NCBI GenBank assembly: GCA_037379345.1
Contig: CM074519.1
Span: forward strand, 41,584,851 to 41,648,850
DNA from: Perna viridis
Taxonomy: Eukaryota
DNA: 64,000 bases
Direction: 5' to 3'
This document shows positions 12,870-23,702 of this stretch, one piece after another (the first letter of the stretch is position 1; each line of letters starts with the position of its first letter). The notes beneath the pieces were generated by a model. It searched no databases. It was not told where the DNA came from and saw only the letters and a program-made list of their open reading frames with translations. The translations under genes were made by a program, and so were the position numbers.

Positions 12870-13772
12870 TCCACCTATGCTACAGGTAGCTGTATCTACC
12901 TAGTCAACATGTACATATAGAACTGTTCAATTAGGATACATGTAGTCCTGTTCTACCTATGCTACATGTAGTACTATTCTACCTAGCCTACATGCAATAC
13001 TCTTTGTATGTAGTCCTGTTCTACCTATGCTACATGTAGTACTATTCTACCTAGCCTACATGCAATACTCTTTGTATGTAGTCCTGTTCTACCTATGCTA
13101 CATGTAGTACTATTCTACCTAGCCTACATGCAATACTCTTTATATGTAGTACTGTTCTACTTATGCTACATGTAGTATTTTTTACTTAAGGTACGCGTAG
13201 TACTGTTCTACCCATGCTATATGTAGAACTGTTCTACCAAAGCTACATGTAGTACTATTCTACCTATACTTCACGAAGTCCCATTCTACCAGGGATAGAT
13301 GTAAGTCTGCTATGCCTAGCAAAATACTTTTTTACCATGGCTATATATATGTACAATGTACATGTAGTACTGTTCTACCTATGCTACGTGCAGGTCTGTT
13401 CTGCCTGGGCTATATGTAGAACTGTTCTACCTAGCCTACATGCAATACTCTTTATATGTAGTACTGTTCTACCTAGGCTACATGTAGGTCTGTTCTGCCT
13501 GGGCTATATGTAGAACTGTTCTACCTAGACTACATGTAATATTGTTCTACTTATGCTACATGTAGTACTGTTCTACCTAGGCTACATGTAGTCCTGTTCT
13601 AACCAGGGTACACTTAGTACTAATCTGCCTAGGCTACATGTAGTACTGTTCTACCTAGGCTACAAGTAGTACTGGTCTACTTAGGCTACATGTAGAACTG
13701 CTCTGCCTAGTATACACGTAGTACATGTAGTATGTTCTACCTAGGCTATTTGAAGTAATGTTCTGCCTAGCT
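12870..13772. repeat. Minisatellite, 26-bp unit (TACATGTAGTACTGTTCTACCTAGGC) with a local 68-bp higher-order repeat
   Basis: Tandem copies visible; near-identical 68-bp blocks start at 12941, 13009 and 13077. Confidence 0.95.
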
Positions 13773-14148
13773 ATACTGTTGCCATACATCGGTGTTATCG
13801 TACCAGTCACAGTTTAAAATAGATATATAAAATAAATGTTATAGAACTGACATATTGAAGTCGATATTCATTCCTTAATAAACATTCATTATAAGCTTTA
13901 AGATGTTATTAATCATTTTTCCCCCGGTTTAATTTAATATAACTCGGACTGAAGATCTGACCTGTGACAGAGAGTTGTATCAAATATTTTGATAAAAATA
14001 TACGCATTTTGTATAAGTGGTCGTTTAAGGCCTATATCGTTTACCATATTTCGCATACATGTACATAGACTTATATCACATTCATAGACCTATATCGCAC
14101 CCCTACTCGAACTTGATGTATAGTAAAAATATTTAATATGATGAACAC

Positions 14149-14272
14149 GGCATGTCAAAATCTTTATCACATGTGGTCCTAGAGATAATTATCACCCCGC
14201 GGGCCGGTGGCCTTTGGGGTAATGTTGAAGTATCAGAATGATACGGCATGTGAAACAGATTTCGCCAGTATG
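14149..14272. mobile_element. Palindromic MITE-like element (older copy of the element at 26055-26179)
   Basis: CATGTCAAAATCTTTATCACATG ... CACCCCGCGGGCCGGTGGCCTTTGGGG ... CATGTGAAACAGATTT; colinear with 26055-26179. Confidence 0.65.
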
Positions 14273-15710
14273 TACTCCCTGATACATTTAATTGTACATT
14301 AGTGTAATATCTTACTTGTTTGAAATCGTCTATAATATCACTGTTTTCGTTCCATATTTACTGAACGTTTTAATTCTTTATTAATGTTTACGGTTAATAT
14401 ATTTATCTATTCTCAGTGTTGGTAGGTGTGTTACGTTAATACAGACATGGACAGGTGTTTCATAAGGAATTTATACAATGCCACTATGTTGTTAGATCAA
14501 ACACCGAAACTGTTCAATTAATTATTCAAAATACATTATTGTTGACATGGGTGTATGTAGCCAATTTATCGTCATAATTTTGTGACATTTAAACACTTAA
14601 TAGATGTTTCCATGGGATAGAAATAATCATTTCCTTTTAACTTACATGTAACAACAAAAAAACAAAAACAAAAAAAAACGCACCTTTAATGGTTGACTCA
14701 CTATTACAGTTAATTATATCGAAACCTTTATATATTAAGTGTCAGTCGCTGCAAGAATCAGTCAGTGGGTGAAATGTAGTATAAAACACCATTGGACTAT
14801 TTGCACAATCAGGTCGAAGAAAAAGGACAAGATTATCCATATCATTTTTGGTACATTGAGTTATAATCTAATTGAAATGCACTGAAAATGAACACATCAA
14901 GTACAGATGACTCTGTCAAAATCCTTTTTTTTTCTAACAATCTATACAACAGTTTGTGAGCAAATCCAGTGATGCATAGATCATATAATGGCCTTTTCAA
15001 ATAGTGAAAGCATCCTGTAGTGAAATTAAATTGTCAGATAGGTGGGTTTTTGACCTACATGTTTCTGATTTTTTTTCCATTTGTCTGATTCTAGCAAAAA
15101 CTATCACTAATATGCATGAACCATACCGATTATAAAAAAAATAAAACTCTTTGATTTTTCCTCGCTCCGTTTTGTTTTGTTTGTATTTAGTTTTGGTGGA
15201 TTTAATTGTTGTTTTTTTTCCTGTTTAAAACGAGAAGGTCAAAGATTAGCCCATAGAAATTGCATATCTAGATGGATCTCGAAATGAAGAGAGACTGTTG
15301 CATATCTTTCTGTTAACATGTAATTATGTTAACTTTGTTCTCAAACCAAGTGTACACTCTAGTTACTTCGTATGTCGTTTTAGTGGAAGTGAACATTTAA
15401 TTAAACAAATTGCGTGTTTTTCTTGCTCTGGTGATCTAAGACAGTTTTATCATATCTTATCACAAAATGACATTAAAAGGCTGTAAAAACTGATCAGAAA
15501 TAAGTAGGTACTATTGATTTTACTGTAGTTTTGGAACAAGAGCTAGTTACTCGTGAAAAATAATGAATAATTAAAATAATTAATTTGTCACACATACATT
15601 GTAACCAAAGATTCCGTTCACACGATTAGACGAATTATGTAGTACTGAATTTCGGAGTCCGGAGTTTGAAATCATTCATATTTGTGTTGATAGTTGTGGT
15701 GCTCAAAGAG

Positions 15711-17618
15711 ATGGATGTTAATGTTGATGAGGACAGGGCTTCATTGCTATATGTAAAAGGGGCTTCATTGTCGGGTTCACTTAATCAAACGAAGCTGAAA
15801 TACAGACTTCACACGATGAGCTTTCTTGTGCCAAGGTGTCGGGAGGATGCATGTAATTCTACAACATTGACAAAGCGTAACACAAAGAGAACATGTGTCG
15901 GTAGGACTTGGGATACAGAGGGAAGTCGGACATGCCGCAGTGTACAAGAACTTATTGTATCACAGGAGAACCGGGTTCCTCTCAGACGATCCAAAAGTGA
16001 CATTTCTTTAAAGAGTGGATTTAGAATTCCTTCATACTATGACAGAGATAAAGAAAGAAGGCTATTTTCGAGCTCATTGAAGAGAAAAGAATCTTTCACT
16101 CGCAGAGACATAATGAATAAACAATGCGACTCGGGCTCTGAACCGGTGAAACATACTGGGAAATTTAAACTTGATGTTAAAGTAGGGGTGAAAAATGACC
16201 ATTATAATAAGTGGGCACGAAACAAAGCTAACTTGAGTGTTGGATCTACTCGAGTGGTAAATAATCAAGCCTCTAAGTCTGATACATCTAAAACAGTTGA
16301 TAGATTGAAAAAGAAGTCAACGTCATCACAGAAAGGACAAATAAAATCAACCGAGTGTTCAAGCACGGATCATCTCTTACATTTCGAAAATTTTGATAAG
16401 GTTGTAAAAGCAATGCCAACCCGCTGCTTTCGTGGCGCTCCTGAAGTCCCCGAGCGTGTAAAAAATGATGCCACTGATATTCGCCGTGCAGAGGATGATA
16501 AATGTAACAAAAGAGAAATGACAACGGTTAGTTTAAAACTACCCGAGAACATACATGTATGCAAAGAACCTTCAGGTGTAAGTCGATTGGATTCTTTATC
16601 AGTTAATAACCCACAAGAAAGACCACACCACACAGTTTATGCTACTTCTAAGAGGACATTTATAAAACAACAAAATCAAACTGAGAATAGATCCAGTGAT
16701 GATAAAGCATCCACAGCATTGTCACGTTTACAAATAGCTACTTCACTTCAAGAAAACATGAGACGTGAAAACGACCGTAGCAGTGAGATAGAAGCCGTAT
16801 TAAAAACAAACTCTTCTAATGTAAATACTCCTCTATCAAATGAATGCGATGATCTTCGCAAAAAACTTGAAATTCCTGAAGTGATTAAGGAGACATCGAC
16901 TTCGGAGGAAGGGAATGGTTCTTTTTCAAGCATAGGTAGTAATGATGAGACTGAAAAAGACAACGAAGTCTCTACTGCCAAATGTAAAGTATCGCTTATT
17001 TCGACCTCCTCACAAAATAACTTGTTGCTCATTCCAATGACAAAAGATTCATATCTAAATAATGAGTTAGAGACAAAAACCTTTGTTCCGTCTGTTATAA
17101 GAAATAATTTGCCACATCTTTCAAATTTCGGAAAGCGAAATAACCGGTCTGTAAACAAAACAGCAACTAGAGAATCCAGCTGTGATAAGGCGAATGTCCA
17201 GTTTCTAGGGGATAAATGCAATGGAGTAGTAAAAGTGCCATTACAGCTAGCGACAACGTCCCCTTTATTTACTGCAGAAAATGTAGAAAACGATTTTCTT
17301 ACACTCAGAATCGCTCAATACTTAGAGCATCTAAAAATACGAACTGAAAATCAGACTGCAAGTAATAGCCTAACGATTGATGACATCCCGCTGTCATCAC
17401 GCAGTAGACAATATACCAACATGTACAGAGAAAATCAGAGGCGTTATAAACAGAGAAATATTACATTGAATGATCAGGTTGATTTCAGTCAAAACAAATT
17501 CAAGTCTGAAATAAGTGCAACAAACGTCTGCATACCGAGAAACAATCAAACGAACACTGAAAACAGACAAAGGGAGATAATACCATTTCGGAGGCTTTCG
17601 GTTAAAGCGCTTATATAA
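15711..17618 (+). CDS. Uncharacterised, largely disordered S/T/N/K/R-rich protein (~635 aa), single coding exon
   Basis: 1.9-kb open frame in AT-rich DNA. The first ATG is at 15711 (the track starts at a TTG), preceded by an acceptor-like TTGATAG ending at 15693; AATAAA at 17739. No domain recognised. Confidence 0.7.
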   Translation: MDVNVDEDRASLLYVKGASLSGSLNQTKLKYRLHTMSFLVPRCREDACNSTTLTKRNTKRTCVGRTWDTEGSRTCRSVQELIVSQENRVPLRRSKSDISLKSGFRIPSYYDRDKERRLFSSSLKRKESFTRRDIMNKQCDSGSEPVKHTGKFKLDVKVGVKNDHYNKWARNKANLSVGSTRVVNNQASKSDTSKTVDRLKKKSTSSQKGQIKSTECSSTDHLLHFENFDKVVKAMPTRCFRGAPEVPERVKNDATDIRRAEDDKCNKREMTTVSLKLPENIHVCKEPSGVSRLDSLSVNNPQERPHHTVYATSKRTFIKQQNQTENRSSDDKASTALSRLQIATSLQENMRRENDRSSEIEAVLKTNSSNVNTPLSNECDDLRKKLEIPEVIKETSTSEEGNGSFSSIGSNDETEKDNEVSTAKCKVSLISTSSQNNLLLIPMTKDSYLNNELETKTFVPSVIRNNLPHLSNFGKRNNRSVNKTATRESSCDKANVQFLGDKCNGVVKVPLQLATTSPLFTAENVENDFLTLRIAQYLEHLKIRTENQTASNSLTIDDIPLSSRSRQYTNMYRENQRRYKQRNITLNDQVDFSQNKFKSEISATNVCIPRNNQTNTENRQREIIPFRRLSVKALI

Positions 17619-17979
17619 TTGTGACTTAGGCTTAATGAACTTTATTGCAAGAAAATGCTTAAAATTATAATTTTCAAAGAGATTTAGAAAGAATTCGAAA
17701 TTATATCACGTTATTATTATCAGAGTTAAAGTTTGTAGAATAAAGACTTCTTATAATGGTTTTGAATGTCTGAACGCAACCATTGGATACTTGGATAAAA
17801 TAATTTTGTAAAAAAACAAACCATTGTAAAGCGAAAAGTGCTTTCCTAGACTTAAATCAGATGATTAAGATTTCACGGAAAATAAGTATTTCTATTACTT
17901 TATAGGCAAATTGTTGACAATTCTGTAAGTTACAGCTTTCCTAAGGTAGTTAAATGGTTTGCATGGGACTACTCGAATA

Positions 17980-18050
17980 CATGACATTCGCATGGGACTA
18001 CTCGAATACGTGACATTATATTTGTATGGGACTACTCGAATAAATGAAAT
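17980..18050. repeat. Short tandem repeat, 3 copies of ATGGGACTACTCGAATA
   Basis: Direct inspection. Confidence 0.85.
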
Positions 18051-19341
18051 TATACTTGACATTACATCTGCTTACTAGTATCAGCTAAAAATTATTAGCA
18101 CTTATGTATTATAGTGTAACCTATAGTTCTATATGACTTTGGTTAATAAAGATTATCAATTATAACACGAAAAAATAGAATTCATTTCAAAGTTCATGTC
18201 CTCTTTGAAAAAATGAGCAATAAAACAAATCTTCACGTCACCCAAAACATAAACATAATCAAGAATGAATGAAGTATTACCAAAATAATCTATAATGTCT
18301 GTAAAAGTATTAGTCTGTATAAAAATCAGACAGATAGTGATAAATGCAGGTAAAAAACACAACGAATTCAGTTTTATTTCTTGTTCAGAAACAGTTACCG
18401 ATCACATAATCAGTCTTAGTTTTTCATTTGGTTGCTGTGTTTTTGAGATAAAAAATATAGACAATACATGAAATTGGCACTTTGCAAGAGTTATCGTTCT
18501 TGATTTGGTTTCGTTTGTTTGGTTTGAGTGGGATATGATGTGTGATTTTCTAAAAAGTGCAATTCTGATTGCAGAAATGACTATCGCTATGTGAAAGCAA
18601 GTCATAAAATTATGTAAACTGAAAAAGCATCATTTGTTTGGTATTTTTTCTACACCACATTTTTTTTTCATTGGCTGTGTCTGAATTTTATGTGGACAAG
18701 TACTTTATACCGTAAGGTATATCACAATACAATATGATAACAGCTAGATCCTCCTGAAATGGTCTCGAAAACGATCGCGATGACATAGGTATTTTATTTT
18801 CGCGATGATAGTTATTTCACATGACAGACATCAAAGTCACATATCAAAGAAACAAGAAAACATTTAAATCAACAAACAATTAAATTATTGCGTAGGATTA
18901 ATTCCGTCTAACAGCGCTTAAAGCTGGCAAAGTGTTTTGATTATCCGGATTATGACTGGATAAGCCGCACCTGGAGTGCCATGATTAATCTGTATAATCA
19001 GGTTACTAAGACTAGAACAAATCCATTTGGCATCAAGTGCCATGATGAGAGGTGCTCGAGCTATCAAAATAACTACTGACTTATATAATAAGCCTCTTCA
19101 AAGTTGACAATGAGTCTCCAACATAAATCCACAGACGAGAAATAGAACGTTTTGTTTTATAATACCAGAGTCAATCCACTGCATATCCGGTCTACGTGAG
19201 TTTTCACCAGTAGTTGCTAAATAATGACCCCAAAGTCAACCAGGCAACCATGATCTCCTATTTGTTTTCTTCATTTTCTACTATTTTCTTAAACGTTTCA
19301 CTTTATTACTTTATGAGACCATTAGAACACAAGAAGGAATA

Positions 19342-20388
19342 TCATAGTGGCATTGTTTTTGATCGTGCGATTGACCTCATATTGCCAGTAGATTTACTTG
19401 ATCGTAGAGTTATTGGTGGAAAAATTTTTGATCTTGCTGAGTCCTGGGGAGCGTAGCTAGGTGGAGTTTTTTCCATGAATATATTAGGAAGGCTTGTCGT
19501 ACTTTCAGCATACTTCTTTAAATGATGGCTTTTCCTTCTGAGTGGAATGATCTCTGATGGTGCAGTTTTAGCAGAGGTCAACTTCCTAACGAAATCTTCC
19601 GGGTCATCTGTCAGATAGGATTTCATCTGGAATTTCAATAGAGTGTCTTTTCCTGTTATATTCTTTTTTATTTTCTTCAGAATGTTTCTAGTTACTAAAA
19701 CTTCGTGTCTGTCTTTTTGTTTTCTGATAAAGTTATCAAATTTTTCAGTATTCTCAAGAGGCCACATCTCTTTGACCTCTTCCTCAACAACTTCGGGTTC
19801 AACTTCTTCGACTTCATTGTGGAATTTCAAACGAGTGTAACCTTTTGCATGTAAAGGAAGCAATATTCCTGTAGGTATAAACACTGACTTTTTACGCTCA
19901 GTCTCTTCTAACGAACCTTTGATACTCTGTACATTGTCCTTCGAGTTAGGGGATAGGGCACCTGGGTCGTCCTTTTCGTCGTCTTCATTGTCGCTTTTAT
20001 CCTCTTCAACATCTAACTTACTTCTTATTTTGTAATTACGCGGTTGAAGTTTGTCTGCCGTTTCATCTAGTGTCCTGGAAATGACATTGTCATAAGCACT
20101 TATCGTTTGATTGGTTGCCTTATGTTTCCCAAACATTACTGAAAATCTCCTTATTATATTTCGTTGTTTGGAGTCGTAAGTGTTGATTTCTGTCTTAGTG
20201 GCCGATGAGTATTGTCGAACCGTCTTCTCTAGTGTTTTTCTGTGGAATTCATTACTTCTGTATATGGCTTCACCAGTTCTACTCTTTGACACACTCAATG
20301 CACCCTTCATTACTCTGGTTATTTCCAAGGTCCGCCTTTTGTCCTTGTCAATTGGATACAGACCGGAAACCTGTTTCTCAAGATTCAT
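19342..20388 (-). CDS. Uncharacterised basic protein, 348 aa, single coding exon
   Basis: 1-kb open frame; acceptor TTTTATTTCAG|AAAGGATG directly before the ATG; candidate upstream non-coding exon donor CG|GTAAGT at 21254. No domain recognised. Confidence 0.75.
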   Translation of the reverse strand: MNLEKQVSGLYPIDKDKRRTLEITRVMKGALSVSKSRTGEAIYRSNEFHRKTLEKTVRQYSSATKTEINTYDSKQRNIIRRFSVMFGKHKATNQTISAYDNVISRTLDETADKLQPRNYKIRSKLDVEEDKSDNEDDEKDDPGALSPNSKDNVQSIKGSLEETERKKSVFIPTGILLPLHAKGYTRLKFHNEVEEVEPEVVEEEVKEMWPLENTEKFDNFIRKQKDRHEVLVTRNILKKIKKNITGKDTLLKFQMKSYLTDDPEDFVRKLTSAKTAPSEIIPLRRKSHHLKKYAESTTSLPNIFMEKTPPSYAPQDSARSKIFPPITLRSSKSTGNMRSIARSKTMPL

Positions 20389-21012
20389 CCTTTCTGAAAT
20401 AAAAACATTTGGTCAATATGACAATAAAACACTTCCAATTAAATAGTAAGATGATGATGAAAATATAGACAAATACAAATGTAACATGAGCAATTAAGAG
20501 AATCTTAATAACAGAACAACCAAACCACCAAACAAAACTGAAACAAAAACAAATGAAAATGGCCTAAAACAATGAGAAATATCACTCAATCACATAATCT
20601 AAACTTTGCCTTATTTTATTGTTACGTGGTTATTAAATTTAACTGCTTGTCTGAATATTGTTATTTCATCTGAGAAAATTGTAATCTCTTAAAAACATTC
20701 TGATAAGTTTTCCGTCTTCCATAGCCATTATATCGTTCTTTATCCACATGGATAAATTGGATAATTTACATGGTGTTCATCAATTACAAGTTCAAATAAG
20801 TTAATTCACATAGGAATCATGCAAACAAAAAATAAGATGTTTGATAAACCTTTTTTTAAACAATACAATAAAATAAATGAATAGATATTACAGTAAAATC
20901 TACAGAAAATATGTCCCATAATCTCTTGTTCACTTGTACTACTTAATCCCTACTTTTCCAAACTCTTTCGTTACTTCATATGGTCCTCAGATCACTTTTT
21001 TAACATACTATA

Positions 21013-21147
21013 CTGCGGTCCTTTTCACAAAAAAATCGTAAGTGTAAAATTAGTCGTAAGTTATGATGTCATAATAGAGTTAAGTATTGTGACGTCACAA
21101 TTTACGACTAATTTTAGTCTTACGACTTTTTGTGAAAAGGGCTGCAG
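21013..21147. mobile_element. Hairpin MITE (PIF/Harbinger-like termini)
   Basis: Whole element is an imperfect palindrome (CCTTTTCACAAAAA..CGTAAG..AAAATTAGTCGTAA / TTACGACTAATTTT..CTTACG..TTTTTGTGAAAAGG), bounded by CTG and CAG. The superfamily call is an inference. Confidence 0.7.
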
Positions 21148-21699
21148 ATCTGCCTGATTCTTAGAAAGACCTACTGTTAACCAGGGCTATAGATCATTTT
21201 ACGGAAAATATCTCCAAGACATTATCAATTTACAACAAGCATGTTTACACTTACCGACGTCCCAGAATCACAAGAAGCACCGGTCAATGTTAAAATTCCA
21301 CGTCTGCAAAATTATTCCGTCCGCCGTCCGAATTGTTCTCGCATAAAATCATCAAGACCCTTTGTTCATTATGGAATTAGAGGGTCATACCGGTTTAAAA
21401 TCTTGTGAACAATTACAACACTTTTCTTTATTAAAATCAAAGATATTGATCAAAGGCTTAAAAGATTAACTTTCAACTATTTACTTCTGTTTAAAAGCAA
21501 AATAATTGCAATGTAGGTTAGTTTCGGACTTTGTTAGCCGCAAACATTTGGCGAAGGCACAGGTTAGGTATTTTGATTTGGTAACACTCGTAATACATCG
21601 AATGACATTTTTTTTCAAAAAAAGGTTACATGAAACACTGAAATCTTTGTATGTGACATCATCAAAACTTGATTATCTGTATTTTATTTCTTAGTGCAA

Positions 21700-22755
21700 A
21701 GAGACAAGAAATATAGGCATCAAAAACCATTACCAAAACATCAAGTAGAAAAAAAAAACAAAAATGAGCAATTCAGACTACGCAAAAAAGAACTGGGTGC
21801 ATGGAGCTAGTACACAGGTAGGGGCCCCGTGCAGGTCCGGGTGTTAAAAGAACAGGCCTGCAGCAGCGCTATGCTTGTCGTAAAAGGCGACTAAATAGTG
21901 CTCAGAACCGTAGCCGGGGACTAGGGCGCTCTGCCCACTGAGCAACTGGGATGTGTGCCCCAGATGATGGAATGGGGTACCCCTGGCGTGTTACATGCTG
22001 GGGTTGTCAGCTATAATACGGAAAATCTGACCGCCAACCATAGTGGTGCACCGTGTTGGGAAAAATGCCACATTCCTCGCACGTTAAAGAACCCTACTGT
22101 GGTATTCTCCCGGAGTAGGAACCACAGGGCTCCGCCACAGGAGGCTAAATTGCCCGACCCTACCCACTTCTCCCCATTTCCAGTGGCAATCAAAATTTGT
22201 CGACCCTATTGTCCTTGTGTCCCATCCCTTTTTCATTTCATCATCGTTTCATGTTCATTTTATCATCAATTTCATGTTCATCGTCTGAATATAGCTGAAA
22301 TATTGCTGCTCGGACGTTAAACCCCAACAAACAAACAAAGTACACAGGTAGGGTAAGCGTCCTCTCCTCTGCTTTTCTACAAACACCATCCCCCACCCGA
22401 GTAAGGCTTAAAATATTACGTCCGGTACAGACGAAAGAGAAATGGAAAACTATGACGCGGTGAACAAGTCTGCTCTCAGTGGTGCAGATTGATACTATGT
22501 AACGAATCACGAGTTCATGATGACGACCATAAAACTTTTGTATTTCGGGACGTCAATCTTGTAGCAACATAACCCTGTTCCAGAAGCCTAATTGTAAGAA
22601 GTTTAGCGTGATACAGTAAGTCCGCATAGTTTCGGCAAGCTCTGGCATAATGTAAGAGTTGTTTATGAAAACTCCAAAGACAGGTGCTGAAGTGATGTTA
22701 CTAACGATGAAAGGAGAGTACCGAGAAGTCATCTGTTTAATTGTCTTCTCGTTAA
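21700..22755 (-). mobile_element. Penelope-like element family A fragment, interrupted by a SINE
   Basis: Sequence on both sides of the SINE joins into the family A 3' UTR (…CTGGGTGCATGGAGCTAGTACACAGGTAGGG|TAAGCGTCCTCT…); RT remnants at 22490-22720. Confidence 0.75.
21824..22338 (+). mobile_element. Full-length SINE-like retroposon (515 bp): structured non-tRNA head, Deu/Nin-like core motif, LINE-derived tail, (CAAA)n end
   Basis: Perfect 15-bp TSD AGTACACAGGTAGGG at 21809-21823 and 22339-22353; core GCACGTTAAAGAACCC; tail TATAGCTGAAATATTGCTGCTCGGACGTTAAACCCCAACAAACAAACAA. Domain names are from recall of bivalve SINEs, not from a search. Confidence 0.85.
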
Positions 22756-23702
22756 TAATGGAAATTACAAGAATCTGGTATGGTGTTAAATAATAACACA
22801 AGACAAAATTAGTAGTAAAATTATAACAGTTTTGTTTAAAAATAATAATCTAATATTACATAATCAAAAAATCACAACAAATAATTGATGACATTATACA
22901 AGTATTTCATTGTGATGGAAAATATAACTGTGTATCTCAACTAACTGACCAGACTGGCAACAGAGGAAATAACAAGTTTTGAACAATTTCGGTCACAGTT
23001 ACCCTGCCAAACACGGTGGATACAGACGGGACACAATGTCAAGGTCAGGAGCATTTTGATTTTTATCAAATGCGCATAATAGTCTCATTTCATTTAAAAA
23101 TTAATTTCAAATAATTCCCAAAATACGTGGTTCCCGGTTATGTTGAATCAAAATTGAAAAAAAGATGCTACGAACTAATAATGTATACATGTAACAAACC
23201 TATAAGTACATGTACAAAGTAACCCAAAATAGCGAAGAGGTGAAGACCGACAGATCAAGTCATTGTTATGTCCTGACATGGCATTACAGAGGGCATTTGA
23301 TGACAATCATAACATTGCTCAGTGGTGGATCATGTAAAGCACCTAAAAGGGGCACCAGGAGCCCCTACCCCCCAGAATTCATTGATAAACACATTTAAAT
23401 GCACGCATTTACACACAAAAATATGTTATTTTCATTTTAGATTTGGATCCGACAGTGTTGTTCATTAAAGCTCTTGGGAAAGTCTATATAATATTTTTAA
23501 ACCCTGAATGATTTCGAAATTGCGCATGTAAATGTAAAAGAAAAAAAAGATACATTCTGACATGACACTATCAACAATCACAAAAGGCTTATCATCTTTA
23601 AAAAATAGTCAATGTTTAAACTAGTTGAACAGACTAGAAATAACAAAAACATTATAAATATACACTTTTTGGTATATGAATAAATATGTATACAATGAAG
23701 TT

